The notes under the pieces were generated by a model. It saw only the letters and a list, made by a program, of their open reading frames with translations. It ran no database searches and was not told the origin of the DNA. Made by a program: the position numbers and the translations under genes. From Bacteroidota bacterium (GTDB lineage: Bacteria > Bacteroidota > Bacteroidia > J057 > JADKCL01): a stretch of DNA of 64,000 nucleotides. Positions 1 through 10,308 of the stretch are shown in pieces. The stretch spans positions 11,218 to 75,217 of the forward strand of contig JANPHP010000343.1 in assembly GCA_031424495.1 (NCBI GenBank). The letters run 5' to 3'. The stretch's first letter is position 1; each line of letters opens with the position of its first letter.

Positions 1-2339
1 GAGGTGGACGTGTGTACGAGACGAGTTACCTCGTCGAGGGCGTGAGCGCTCGTGACCCGCTGGCGGGTACCGGCATGGGCGTGTCCGTTTCGGCGAGCTC
101 GGTTGAGGAAATCGACCTGATCACAGGTGGCGGCGATGCCGAGTTTGGAAACGGCACAGCGGGGGTGATCAATACCAAAATCAAAGAAGGCGGCGACAAG
201 CTCGAAGTCAAGGGCAGCTGGCAACGCGACAACCTTGGTTTCAAGCAGCATGGCGCCATGAGCTGGAATACCGACGTCGGCAACTTGAGCATCAGCGGGC
301 CGATCCCATTCACGAATAAGAAATTGTCCTTTTTCGCGAGTGGCGACATGGACTTAAGCGACGACTATTTCAAGATTTACGCCAAGCAAGAGCACAGCTC
401 GGTGTTTTCCAAAAACGACTCGATGTGGTCTCCTCGCCAAAGCAATAGCTGGGCGAATACGGTCAAACTCGGCTGGGACATTGGCAAGGGAAGCAAGCTC
501 TCGCTTACCAATCAGCACAGCTTGAATATCAACCAAAACTCGCGTACCCTGCAAGTCGTCGGCAACAACGCCATTATGCAGCCGGGATTCCCCTACGCCA
601 ATAGCTTGAACCTGGACAATGCGACGGTATATACCCACCAAAGCAACCTCACGATCCTGAACTTCAAGACCCTGATCGATACCTCTTGGGGCCTCGACAT
701 CACAGCCGGCCGGCTTTTCACCTATTTGCAAGCCGATGCCAATGGTCGTCCATTCCGCGACAGCACGGTCGATCAGATCTATGATCCGCAATCCATCGTC
801 ACCGATCCTATTTCAGTGTTCAATCCCGGCGACTCGGTAGCTTATGTCTATCCCAGCAATGGTTTGTACAACAACAATGGCATCGGCACCATCTGGCACA
901 ACCACCATGCACAGGAATATACGCTGAAATACAAGTTCACACACGTGAGCGCAAGCGGCGTGCACCACCTCACACTGGGTCAGGAGCACAAGGAGCAGGA
1001 ATACCAATGGATCGACGTGAGCCGCCCTTGGGTGGGTGCGCCTATTCGGGTGAATGACACGACATTCACACCCTCGACGAGCATTGGGTCGAGCAGCGAC
1101 CTCTGGTTGGCGCGGCCGGCTCAGGGTGGCTTTTTTGTGCAGGACGAGATCAAATACAAGGGCATCATCGGCTCCTTGGGTTTGCGCTATGATTATTGGG
1201 CACCGGGCAAGTTTGCCGACCAGGCCATTGCCAACCCTGATGCGCCTGTGACAGACGCGACGCGCCAATCTTATTTGGATCACACGACGCAGTTTTTGGG
1301 CAAGAGCTGGAAGGCACGTTTGCTCCCCAAGTTGCGGATTTCATTCCCCGTCACAGAAAACAACGTCTTGTATTTCAACTACGGTCACGCGACGCAGTTG
1401 CCACACCCAAGATTTTTGTATGCTGGCTTGGACCCTGTTTATCAAGACCGCTCATTCCTCTCCAACCTCGGCAACCCCAACTTGAATCCTGAAGTCACGG
1501 TTTCCTATGAGGTCGGCATCAAATCCAAAATCAACAAGAATCTCGCGGTAACGGTAACGGCGTTTTACAACGACAAGTTTGACTACATCGTGAGCCGCAA
1601 CGTGATCATCAAGGATCAAACGGGCCGTTTTGTTTCCAAGACCTTTTTCATCAACCAAGACTATGCCCGCATCAGGGGTTTGGAAGTGGGCGTGAAGCAA
1701 CGCATTGGCAAGATGCTCACTTTCACCTTCAACGGCACCTATCAAATCGCAACTGGCAAGAGCAATACCGCTGCCGAGTCTGCCCTGCAGATCAAGACCC
1801 AAGGTTTTGTGAATGCATCCAAGGAGAATTATTTGGCCTGGGATCGTCCATTTGACTTGAAAGCATCGTTGATTTTGAAGCCAGATACTTCGGTGCGTAT
1901 TTTCGGTGTCTCGATGAATGGTTTCAGGGTATTTGCGTCATCGACTTTGAAGTCGGGCTTGCGCTACACGCCTTATGAGCAGACAGGTATTGCCGCCAAT
2001 GGCCGCCCGATTTACGAAATCATTCAGGATGCGCCATTCAGCAAAATCGGAGCGCCTTGGTTTTGGACGGATGTGCGCTTAACGAGAGACTTCAAATTTG
2101 GCAAGGAAAAACACAGCCGTGCCTCCTTGTCCTTTGAGGTGCGCAACGTGTTCAACAACAAAAATTCGCAGATCATCAATCCTGTCACTGGGAAAGCATA
2201 TCGCAATGGCGACCCGCTGCCGTTCACGGTGCGCGACCCCAATTATCCTGATCCACAAGACAAGGGATTGCCACCGACAGATCCTGCTCGTTACATGACA
2301 CCACGCCAAATGATGTTGGGCCTAAGCTTTTTGCTCTAA
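1..2339 (+). CDS. TonB-dependent outer-membrane receptor (5'-truncated by window edge)
   Basis: Frame open from window start with plug motif GGRVYETSYLVEG...ITGGGDAEFGN. Also has GNPNLNPE, alternating beta-strands, and terminal NVFN...PRQMMLGLSF. Confidence 0.9.
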   Translation, partial: GGRVYETSYLVEGVSARDPLAGTGMGVSVSASSVEEIDLITGGGDAEFGNGTAGVINTKIKEGGDKLEVKGSWQRDNLGFKQHGAMSWNTDVGNLSISGPIPFTNKKLSFFASGDMDLSDDYFKIYAKQEHSSVFSKNDSMWSPRQSNSWANTVKLGWDIGKGSKLSLTNQHSLNINQNSRTLQVVGNNAIMQPGFPYANSLNLDNATVYTHQSNLTILNFKTLIDTSWGLDITAGRLFTYLQADANGRPFRDSTVDQIYDPQSIVTDPISVFNPGDSVAYVYPSNGLYNNNGIGTIWHNHHAQEYTLKYKFTHVSASGVHHLTLGQEHKEQEYQWIDVSRPWVGAPIRVNDTTFTPSTSIGSSSDLWLARPAQGGFFVQDEIKYKGIIGSLGLRYDYWAPGKFADQAIANPDAPVTDATRQSYLDHTTQFLGKSWKARLLPKLRISFPVTENNVLYFNYGHATQLPHPRFLYAGLDPVYQDRSFLSNLGNPNLNPEVTVSYEVGIKSKINKNLAVTVTAFYNDKFDYIVSRNVIIKDQTGRFVSKTFFINQDYARIRGLEVGVKQRIGKMLTFTFNGTYQIATGKSNTAAESALQIKTQGFVNASKENYLAWDRPFDLKASLILKPDTSVRIFGVSMNGFRVFASSTLKSGLRYTPYEQTGIAANGRPIYEIIQDAPFSKIGAPWFWTDVRLTRDFKFGKEKHSRASLSFEVRNVFNNKNSQIINPVTGKAYRNGDPLPFTVRDPNYPDPQDKGLPPTDPARYMTPRQMMLGLSFLL

Positions 2340-3367
2340 TGCGTAGAATCCTACATATCACTTTTTTGCTGCTCGTCGTCTCGACGGTGCAGGCCCAGCT
2401 TTTGCCAAGACTGGGAGGGCAGCGCGCCGGCATCTCGGCACTCACCTTTCTCAAAATCGACCCGAGTCCGCGCTCGGCCGCTATGGCCAGCGCAAACGTG
2501 TCGGTGGTCGGTGACATGTATGCCACCAACACCAACCCAGCGGCATTGGCAGACGTGGACAAGCTGAGCTTTGCGGCTTCCAATACCTTTTGGGCGGCGG
2601 GTATCAACCACGCCTATTTCACCGGTGTGAAGCCTACACGCATCGGCGTATTTGGCCTGAGCATCACCTCGCTCATGACCGGCAGGATGGAGCGCCGCAC
2701 CGAGTTTCAGCCAGACGGCACCGGCCAATACTTTTCAGCCTCCAATACGGCTGTCGGCCTGAGCTATTCCAAGCGCCTCACAGATTACTTTTCTTATGGC
2801 GTCACGCTCAAGTATGTGAATGAGCAATTGGCAGAATATGTCGCCCAAACCGCAGTCGTCGATTTGGGATTTTTGTACCGCACCGATTGGAAGGGACTCA
2901 GCTTTGCTGTGGCCATGCACAGCTTCGGCACCAACAGCAAGCTCAAGGGTGATTACCAACCCGATGGCCTCAACAGTAAGCCTGTCACCCTGAACCAATA
3001 TCCCGCCCCAACGACCTTCAAGCTCGGCGTGTCGATGATCCCTTGGAAGACCGACGACAAGAGCCTCACCGTGATAGCTCAACTCAATCACCCGAGTGAC
3101 AATGCTGAAAACATTCGTCTCGGGGTAGAATTTGAGTACAAGCAACTGTTGTACCTGCGCGCAGGCTACAAAATCAATGTCGATGATCAGAAGTACCCGA
3201 CGGCTGGGCTAGGCGTGCGCACCCACTTGGGCAAGCATTCCTTGCACATCGATTACGCAGTGGACCCTACCCGCTATTTGGGTTGGATCCATCGCTTTGG
3301 AATTTCGTTTGCTGTGAACAAGTTGGATCGTGAAGAGAAAAAAAATGAAACACCCGCAGTTCAGTAA
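2339..3367 (+). CDS. PorV/PorQ (UPF0164)-family outer-membrane beta-barrel protein
   Basis: Signal peptide, FLKIDPSPRSAAMA and NPAALA motifs typical of PorV-like barrels. TAATG stop/start overlap with the receptor. Confidence 0.8.
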   Translation: MRRILHITFLLLVVSTVQAQLLPRLGGQRAGISALTFLKIDPSPRSAAMASANVSVVGDMYATNTNPAALADVDKLSFAASNTFWAAGINHAYFTGVKPTRIGVFGLSITSLMTGRMERRTEFQPDGTGQYFSASNTAVGLSYSKRLTDYFSYGVTLKYVNEQLAEYVAQTAVVDLGFLYRTDWKGLSFAVAMHSFGTNSKLKGDYQPDGLNSKPVTLNQYPAPTTFKLGVSMIPWKTDDKSLTVIAQLNHPSDNAENIRLGVEFEYKQLLYLRAGYKINVDDQKYPTAGLGVRTHLGKHSLHIDYAVDPTRYLGWIHRFGISFAVNKLDREEKKNETPAVQ

Positions 3368-4532
3368 TCTCTTTTTGGCGGCTGTCGTGGCAATATTGCT
3401 CGGCAGTGGCTGCGAAGGCTTCTTTGGCAAGAAGCTGGATCCCAGCTTTATCGACGTGCCCGTTTACAACACGCGCCAAGTCGCTTATGTGCCGATACAA
3501 CCTGTTTGGAGCAATTATCAGCATCCCGTGGACATCGCCATCGGCTTTGACGAGCTGATTTATGTGGCTGATGACCTCGCTGGAGAGATCGTATGTCTCG
3601 ATCAAGCTGGGGCAGAACTGGGTCGCATGAGCGTGCCTGGCGTGCACGCCATCGTGCAAGACCGCTCACTTGATCTGATCGCATTGGGCACTTTTGATAC
3701 GCTGGGAGTATCGCTCCAGACGATCTACCGCATCCAACTCGACAATACAGGCGGCTATGGCCTCGCGAATGCGCGCATCGAGCGCAAGACTGTGCATCCG
3801 TTCTATTACAAAGCGACCTTTGCACCCAATGTTGACGACCTCGTTTCCCTCAATGGCATCGGCCTCAAAGCCGACAATTCCTATTTTGTGACGCGCAGCG
3901 GCAACAACACCTCGCAGGTTTTTGGGCCTGACGATGCCGTCTTGCGCTTTGACCAACAGGATGATTTTGTGTCCACCGTCAGTGTGAACACGAGCTTGGG
4001 CATCTTGGGCGATTACTTTGACAAACCCACGGGCATTGTGACCAAGTGCCAGCCTCCTCAGTCGCCTTTTGTGAGCACCGAGGAGGATTTTGTATTCACC
4101 TCCATGTCCACCAATACGCAATTGAAAGTGCAATACATCAACGTCGCGGTGAGCGATGCGGGCACCGACTACTTTGTCGAGGAATTGGTAGTAGGTGACA
4201 CGACCAAAGCAGACGGATTTCTGTATGGCCCAGACCGCTTTGCAGCGCCTATCGACGTGGCCTACAGCGGCGATGGTACCAACTACATCTTTGTCGTCGA
4301 TCGTGAAAAAGACTCCCTTTATCAGTTCACGAACACGGGCTTGGAAGGAGTGAAAGCACCTGCCGGCAGCAATACCACCAAGAACATCAGGGTATCCTTC
4401 GGCGGAACAGGTATCGGCCTTACGCAATTCAGAGAGCCGACAGCCGTCGCCTACTACGACCGCATTCTCTATGTAGCCGATGCAGGCAATCGCCGCGTGC
4501 TGCGCTTCAAGCTCACGACAGACTTCGATTGA
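3345..4532 (+). CDS. Lipoprotein with NHL-type beta-propeller repeats
   Basis: Lipobox LGSGC. NHL-like repeats (PVDIAIG..LIYVAD; FREPTAVAY..LYVADAGNRRV). Overlaps the upstream gene end. Confidence 0.75.
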   Translation: MKHPQFSNLFLAAVVAILLGSGCEGFFGKKLDPSFIDVPVYNTRQVAYVPIQPVWSNYQHPVDIAIGFDELIYVADDLAGEIVCLDQAGAELGRMSVPGVHAIVQDRSLDLIALGTFDTLGVSLQTIYRIQLDNTGGYGLANARIERKTVHPFYYKATFAPNVDDLVSLNGIGLKADNSYFVTRSGNNTSQVFGPDDAVLRFDQQDDFVSTVSVNTSLGILGDYFDKPTGIVTKCQPPQSPFVSTEEDFVFTSMSTNTQLKVQYINVAVSDAGTDYFVEELVVGDTTKADGFLYGPDRFAAPIDVAYSGDGTNYIFVVDREKDSLYQFTNTGLEGVKAPAGSNTTKNIRVSFGGTGIGLTQFREPTAVAYYDRILYVADAGNRRVLRFKLTTDFD

Positions 4533-4737
4533 GCGACGAGTTAGCTCACTTGCTGATGGCTTTTTCGGTGACGGTTTCGCTCCGATCAAATCTAGAATGC
4601 AGGAAGTTTGCGCTGTAATGAAACGGCAATAGTTTTTGCGTTGGATTCAGCATTTTGAGTCCTCAGAACCGAGGAAAGGCAGTGGCAAATTAGTGCGTGT
4701 AGGAAGGCGGAATGCCCCTTCTTTTAAATCGATCCCC

Positions 4738-4986
4738 TCAAGCCTCTCCTTCTTCGTCTCCGAGGATGTCTTCCCATCCCGATTTGTTTTTGTTGGTGCG
4801 GCCTTGGGCCTTGGCTTTTTTGGCGCGGTCATAAAGCAAGATGCCGCCACCGACGAGAAATGGAATCAGGGCCGAGAGGCGCACCCAACCTTTACCGGGG
4901 ATCTCCGTGAGCTGCATCACCCATGAAATGCTGTAGAGCGCGATTGCTGCGATGCCGCAAATGACCATCCACCGTTGCCTGTCCAT
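4738..4986 (-). CDS. Small two-TM membrane protein, hypothetical
   Basis: 82 aa with two hydrophobic segments and a charged tail. Starts 1 nt after the upstream gene's stop. Confidence 0.6.
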   Translation of the reverse strand: MDRQRWMVICGIAAIALYSISWVMQLTEIPGKGWVRLSALIPFLVGGGILLYDRAKKAKAQGRTNKNKSGWEDILGDEEGEA

Positions 4987-4987
4987 A

Positions 4988-5569
4988 TCAATTGTTCTTT
5001 TTGTTGATGTACCATCCGTCGTCTTTCTCGCGGGCGATGCCCGGGTGCAAGACGCGCTCCTTCAAGATAAACCGCACACTTTCCAACCTCACCTTGGCAC
5101 CCCAATCGCCTTTTTCAATGCGGCAGATGAAGGTGCGGTCATCGACAGGAAAATTGAAGGTGGTATTGAGTCCGGCGGCAAGAAACTGACGGATGTATTC
5201 CTTTTCGAAGTCCTTTTTGTATTCGGCATAAGTCGGATCGTTGAAATAGACGCGCTTGAGCATCACCAGCATTTCAGAAATCCAGAAGCGATCATTGTCC
5301 TCGATGGCATCGAGATCCACATGCATCGCAAACAATACGTGGTGCCGCAGACAGGCTTTTTGTTTGATCACGACCACGCGACTCGGGTCGAGACGGGCCG
5401 TCTCGGTCTTGGTATCATCTTCCCAAGTATGGTCGGTGAAGAAGGGATTGTAGCGATCGATGATCGGCACGATTTGTTCCGCAGACATGCGACAATCGTC
5501 ATCTTGTGCATAGACGCGCCCTACCAAAAGGAGGAGCAACAATCCAAAATATCTGAGGGAGTTATTCAT
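4988..5569 (-). CDS. Secreted hypothetical protein
   Basis: ATG 5569 gives the signal peptide [21 protein letters not shown]. Overlaps the thiD end. Confidence 0.7.
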   Translation of the reverse strand: MNNSLRYFGLLLLLLVGRVYAQDDDCRMSAEQIVPIIDRYNPFFTDHTWEDDTKTETARLDPSRVVVIKQKACLRHHVLFAMHVDLDAIEDNDRFWISEMLVMLKRVYFNDPTYAEYKKDFEKEYIRQFLAAGLNTTFNFPVDDRTFICRIEKGDWGAKVRLESVRFILKERVLHPGIAREKDDGWYINKKNN

Positions 5570-6383
5570 GGACGAGTTGGAGGCTGAGGTAATGGTGGCG
5601 CAATGAGCCATGGCCGTGACCGTGGCCGTGCCAAGCATGGCGGATAGCACCCGTCACATACGATTTTGCATGAAGCACAGCCTCAGGGACTGTCATGCCC
5701 AGCGCAAGGTTGGCGGTGATGGCAGCAGAGAGCGTGCAGCCGGTGCCGTGGGTGTCAGATGTAGGAATGTAATCCTCTTCAAGCCAAATGGGCGATTGGT
5801 CGAGCTTGAAAAGCAGGTCACTAGCCTTGCCATCTGTGAGATGCCCGCCCTTGATCAGGATCCAAGTGTCGGGGCATAAGTTGGCGATGCGCAAGGCGGC
5901 GACCTCCATGTCTTCCTTCGTAGCGACCGTGATGCCTGAGAGGATGGCGGCCTCCTGCAAGTTGGGCGTAACGATAGTCGCGACCGGCAGCAACATATCT
6001 GCCAGGGATTGTAGGGCATCGGGTTGTAGCAAGGCGTCGCCCGAGGTCGAGACGATCACGGGATCGACCACGAGCGGAAAATTGCCCTCAATTACAGCAT
6101 CACAGACCTCTTGGATGGTTTCGATGTTGTAGAGCATGCCCGTTTTGGCTGCGCGAATGTCGAAATCATCCAAAATCGAACGCAATTGAGCGCGCACCAT
6201 CTCAGGAGGGACGGGCATCGCAAACTGTACGCCGACCGTGTTTTGGGCGGTGAGCGCTGTGATCACCGTCGTGCCAAATACCCGATGGGCCTCAAAGGTC
6301 TTGAGGTCGGCTTGGATGCCAGCGCCGCCGCCCGAGTCGGAACCGGCGATGCTCAAAACGGTGATGGGAGTGCTAGAGGCCAT
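5562..6383 (-). CDS. thiD: Hydroxymethylpyrimidine/phosphomethylpyrimidine kinase
   Basis: [45 protein letters not shown] and THGTGCTLS motifs. Confidence 0.95.
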   Translation of the reverse strand: MASSTPITVLSIAGSDSGGGAGIQADLKTFEAHRVFGTTVITALTAQNTVGVQFAMPVPPEMVRAQLRSILDDFDIRAAKTGMLYNIETIQEVCDAVIEGNFPLVVDPVIVSTSGDALLQPDALQSLADMLLPVATIVTPNLQEAAILSGITVATKEDMEVAALRIANLCPDTWILIKGGHLTDGKASDLLFKLDQSPIWLEEDYIPTSDTHGTGCTLSAAITANLALGMTVPEAVLHAKSYVTGAIRHAWHGHGHGHGSLRHHYLSLQLVHE

Positions 6384-6618
6384 GAGAATCAACAAAATTA
6401 ATCGCTTTCATGGAAATCACGCGGTTTATATGCTGTTGGCAATGTAATGCGCCGTCTTGGAAATGGTACAACTGCGGATGAGGCCGGAGGAATGCTGGCG
6501 AAATGGTTTCGATTTTGATCGAACCTCAAAAATCTGCGAAAACAGGGGGAATTTCGAGTTTAAATTCTAGTTGATCCAAGCTAGTTCCGCAGGAATGGCG
6601 ATTTTGCATGACGATCAT

Positions 6619-6650
6619 GAGTAGAGGCAGGGCATGCCCGGCCTCTACTC
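6619..6650. repeat. 32-bp GTAG-type REP-like palindrome
   Basis: gagtagaggcagggcatgcccggcctctactc is self-complementary except for one pair. Intergenic. Confidence 0.7.
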
Positions 6651-6780
6651 AATACCCGTAACGAAAATGCCAATACTGCGGAATTGGCCATATTTTTTGA
6701 TTAATTTCTATTGCACAGATCACATTCATCAGGGTTTTTGCACAAAACCCAACGCAAGCTTTACCAAGACTCGCACAGCC

Positions 6781-7368
6781 TCACATCCAGCAGCGTATCC
6801 CAGCCCACCCAGCGGCGCCAGCCTGCAGGCAGGCGCCGGCCGTCCCAAAGTCGATCCCGCCCAGCGCGATCACGGGCAATTGCACGCGCTTGCAGGCATC
6901 AGCCAGCAAGCCCAGGCCCAAGGGCGCAGCTTCGGGATGCGTCTCCGTCGCAAAAATCGGAGAGAGAAACGCATAGTCCATGCCTTCCTGCAAGGCCATT
7001 TCCAGTTCGGCGATGCTGTGGCAGGAGATGCCCAAAAGGGATGTTTGATCAGTAGGCATTCTCCCCAACCGCAAAAAAGACGCCATCGAATAATGCCAAG
7101 CGCAAACACCAAGCTGCGGATCATACAGGCTCGCGGGTGCCAGCACCCGCGCGCCCGCGTCCACGAGCGCTTGCAGCAAAGCGACCGCCGCAGGCGCATG
7201 GGCCACGCGCGCATACACGGCGTCGGCGCCGCGCGACTGCGCGAGCGCATGCCAGGCCCGCAACTCAGCCTGCATTTGCCGATCAAAAACAAGATTGCCC
7301 GGCTGCGAAAATGCCAATTCAGGCGACAGAATCGCCACTTGCGCAAATGGAAGGGAGAATGACATCAA
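6781..7368 (-). CDS. Thiamine-phosphate synthase/TenI-like protein
   Basis: ISCHS..EL, DYAFLSPIFATETHP and PVIALGGI motifs of the TMP-TENI fold. Near thiD; N-terminus divergent. Confidence 0.75.
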   Translation of the reverse strand: MMSFSLPFAQVAILSPELAFSQPGNLVFDRQMQAELRAWHALAQSRGADAVYARVAHAPAAVALLQALVDAGARVLAPASLYDPQLGVCAWHYSMASFLRLGRMPTDQTSLLGISCHSIAELEMALQEGMDYAFLSPIFATETHPEAAPLGLGLLADACKRVQLPVIALGGIDFGTAGACLQAGAAGWAGIRCWM

Positions 7369-8018
7369 TCGAAGTGAAGCCGCTTTTTCTGGACTTTCTT
7401 GGCAGGCTTCTCTTTGAAATAGTGCGGGAACTGCTGCACATGCTCCTTGCGGCTCAAGAAAATGCCACCGATCCTCACTTCGCCCATGGGCGCGAAGTGG
7501 TCACCCGCCGAGCGGATGGTCTTGTCGGGATTGAAAATCCGCTCATGTTGATACATCAATCCGCCAGAGACCTCAAAAAAAATGGTGCCGCGGTGGTCCA
7601 GATTCACGTGGATGCCCGGCATGAGCATCCACACATGTTGATCGCGCCTGAATTCAGCCGATTTTTTATTGGCGAGGAGCCAATCGTTGTGGTAATAGAG
7701 GCTCAGGATGATGATCCTGTCGTGGCGGGTCTTGGGGCTGAAGTGGGCCAAGTGGTAGGTGACGCCGCCGCTCAGGTATTTGAGTCCGGGCGCAAAACGA
7801 GCCGTCCAGCGGCCATAGATCAGGTCGAGGCTAGGCTTGCCCCAGCCATGCACGCCGCCAAATCCGCCCGACATGCCGACATAGAGGCGTGTCGGTTCCA
7901 GCCATTGCGCCTGCACGGCATTGCCGCCAACGAAGCTGAGGACGATAGCCAACAGGGCGATCATCACGCCTTTGCGCAAGCCAGACTTGGAGAAATATGC
8001 GCTGGGGGAAGCGATCAT
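7365..8018 (-). CDS. Exported hypothetical protein, probable small beta-barrel
   Basis: Signal peptide (AVQAQ), amphipathic strands, basic tail. TATCTTTG promoter just upstream. Confidence 0.65.
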   Translation of the reverse strand: MIASPSAYFSKSGLRKGVMIALLAIVLSFVGGNAVQAQWLEPTRLYVGMSGGFGGVHGWGKPSLDLIYGRWTARFAPGLKYLSGGVTYHLAHFSPKTRHDRIIILSLYYHNDWLLANKKSAEFRRDQHVWMLMPGIHVNLDHRGTIFFEVSGGLMYQHERIFNPDKTIRSAGDHFAPMGEVRIGGIFLSRKEHVQQFPHYFKEKPAKKVQKKRLHFD

Positions 8019-8092
8019 TATTTCAAAGATAATGAGGTTTTGCAGAAGTTGGGAGGGGAATGGGGAAATCGAGGATTTGAATCAGTGCTGGC

Positions 8093-8701
8093 TCAGCACT
8101 GAAAAAGAAACTTGGCCGAGCCTGTACAAGCGCAGTCAAACAAGTAGGCGCATCCTCCGCCACCAAAATTCATTTCGGTTTCAGGATTTGGGCCTTGCTC
8201 GAGCTGTGCGACAAATCGCATGGGCAGATAACAATCACCACAATAGGTCGTCTCATCGCCTTGAATCCAAGCAGGCTCGCCATGGAGTTGCCCGAGAATG
8301 TTGCGTCCTATTCCGCCCTCGTTCTTTACCCAAATTTCTCTCGCCTCGTCATAATCTTTTGCCGCTATGCCCACGATCATCGCACCATATTCTGGCCCGC
8401 GTGTCGTCTCGCCGATGGCGGGTGCGGGCACGATTTCCAGTTCCGAGGGCTGGATGACGATGACCTTGTTGCCTCCGATTTCTGGATGGTTCTCATCGCA
8501 CATGCCAGGATCGTTTTGGCACATAAAAATGAGCTCTAGCCCGATGTTGGTGGCGATTTTGCCGAGGTATTGCAGGGGCAAATCACAAATCGTGCAACAT
8601 GGCCAATCCATGGATTCGCCCACATTTTTCACAGGAAGGCCGCCAAAGCTTGTGGCTGCGAGATCGCTGGGCGCCGGGGAATTGATAAGGAGATAGATCA
8701 T
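8093..8701 (-). CDS. YwqG/DUF1963-like Cys-rich protein
   Basis: FGGLP..WPCC..C..PLQYL, GEPAWIQGDE..C..C..PMRFVAQL and MNFGGGG.AYLF.C motifs. Confidence 0.65.
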   Translation of the reverse strand: MIYLLINSPAPSDLAATSFGGLPVKNVGESMDWPCCTICDLPLQYLGKIATNIGLELIFMCQNDPGMCDENHPEIGGNKVIVIQPSELEIVPAPAIGETTRGPEYGAMIVGIAAKDYDEAREIWVKNEGGIGRNILGQLHGEPAWIQGDETTYCGDCYLPMRFVAQLEQGPNPETEMNFGGGGCAYLFDCACTGSAKFLFQC

Positions 8702-8779
8702 GAGATGTGAAGGTGGTAGGGAAATAGGAATTGCAGGAGGATCAATGAATTGCTGCCGTGTTGGATAAAAAATCACACC

Positions 8780-9325
8780 TTATTCATGCCCAAAATATTC
8801 CTGGTACATCTCAAAGCTATCCATCAAGATCTTCATCGCCTCTGCCCGGCCTAGAAAGTCTTCCACGACAACAGTCTTTTGCTCCAGCTTTTTGTAGTCT
8901 TCAAAAAAATTGCGGATTTCGGCGACGAAATGGGCTCCGAGCTCTGTAATATCCCTGATATGGCTGAAGCTGGGGTCGCCCGCAGCGACGGCAATGATTT
9001 TGTCGTCGGCCTCGCCACCATCGAGCATGCGCATGACGCCGATGACCTTTGCAGGCACGATGCACATGGGCACGACATCGATTTGCGACAAAATCAGAAT
9101 GTCAAGCGGGTCTTTGTCCTCGCAATAGCTGCGCGGAATGAATCCATAATTAGCTGGATAATAGACAGATGAATACAATACCCGATCCAGTCGCAAAAGG
9201 CCGCTTTCTTTGTCGAGCTCATATTTGGCCCTGGAACCTTTGGGAATTTCGATGATGCCATTGACGATTTCTGGAATCAGGTCGCCGGGGGAAACGTGGT
9301 GCCATGGGTTGAATGTGTTTTTCAT
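8780..9325 (-). CDS. ppa: Inorganic pyrophosphatase (family I)
   Basis: [38 protein letters not shown] and FFEDYKKLE motifs. Confidence 0.96.
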   Translation of the reverse strand: MKNTFNPWHHVSPGDLIPEIVNGIIEIPKGSRAKYELDKESGLLRLDRVLYSSVYYPANYGFIPRSYCEDKDPLDILILSQIDVVPMCIVPAKVIGVMRMLDGGEADDKIIAVAAGDPSFSHIRDITELGAHFVAEIRNFFEDYKKLEQKTVVVEDFLGRAEAMKILMDSFEMYQEYFGHE

Positions 9326-9422
9326 AATTTGTATTGTGATCAAATTGTTCTGGGTTTTTTAGATTCCCAAATCTCACCAAAATCGCCGTGAATGGGCGTA
9401 CTTTTTTGCGAATGAAATGCAC

Positions 9423-10178
9423 TCACTTCGCAAAATCCACCAGTACAAATTTCAGTCCCGCAGAGAGCAGCACCAGAAACAAAAAAGCGGTGACGACTTT
9501 GTTGTTGAATTTCATCGTGCCGAGGTAGGAGCCGATCACACCGCCGATCACGACGGCGACTAGCCAATAGGCGATGTTGCCATCCAACTGCTGAAATCCC
9601 GAAATATGCCCGGCTAAACCCGCCAACGAGTTGCACAGGATGAACAAAGCCGAGACGCCGCCGGCGTTTTTGACCGTCGCCCAGTTGCCCATGATAAGGA
9701 TGGGGGATAGGAAAATGCCGCCGCCGACCCCGATCAGCCCAGAGAGCAGCCCGATGACCGCTCCCAAAACCAAGCCCGTCCACAAGGGCATCGGGCGGAT
9801 CGGTGAGTCTTTGGGCCGAATGTATTGTTTGGCAAACAGCAGCAAGGCCGAGACGATGAGAAAAATGCCCGCGAGCAGCTTGAAATATTTGGGTCCGACC
9901 GTGATATAACCGCCCAAGAAAGCCATGGGCAAGGACGTGGCGATGAATGCAAAAAAGATCTTGCGGTCAAAAAATCCGGCTTGGATGAATTTGACAGATG
10001 CGATCAGAGCGACGGCGCTGTTGAGCACCAAGCTCGTCGGCTTGATGCTGAGTGTCGCAAACGACAGCAAGGCCATGATCGCAAGATAACCCGAGGCACC
10101 TGCGTGCCCCACCGAGGAGTAGAGCACTGCGATCGCCATGAACAGAAAAAAGGCCAAGGCTATGCTTTCAGTGGTCAT
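9423..10178 (-). CDS. Sulfite exporter TauE/SafE family membrane protein
   Basis: YSSVGHAGASGY and SGLIGVGGGIFLSP motifs, about 8 TM segments. Confidence 0.88.
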   Translation of the reverse strand: MTTESIALAFFLFMAIAVLYSSVGHAGASGYLAIMALLSFATLSIKPTSLVLNSAVALIASVKFIQAGFFDRKIFFAFIATSLPMAFLGGYITVGPKYFKLLAGIFLIVSALLLFAKQYIRPKDSPIRPMPLWTGLVLGAVIGLLSGLIGVGGGIFLSPILIMGNWATVKNAGGVSALFILCNSLAGLAGHISGFQQLDGNIAYWLVAVVIGGVIGSYLGTMKFNNKVVTAFLFLVLLSAGLKFVLVDFAK

Positions 10179-10308
10179 CCCGACCTCCCTGAGCTAGTGA
10201 TTGATCACCTGAAATTACCTGCGCCTGAATTCCTGCTTTCATCAGCCCCAACATCGCAAAACGAGTTCAGATTTGCAAGCTACAGACTCGGCCACTTGCC
10301 AACGCCGG

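Noticed and set aside
6400-6780. TPP riboswitch upstream of thiD
   Set aside because: No CUGAGA core on the minus strand. The TGATC...GCAGGAA look-alike near 6572-6595 is on the wrong strand and incomplete.
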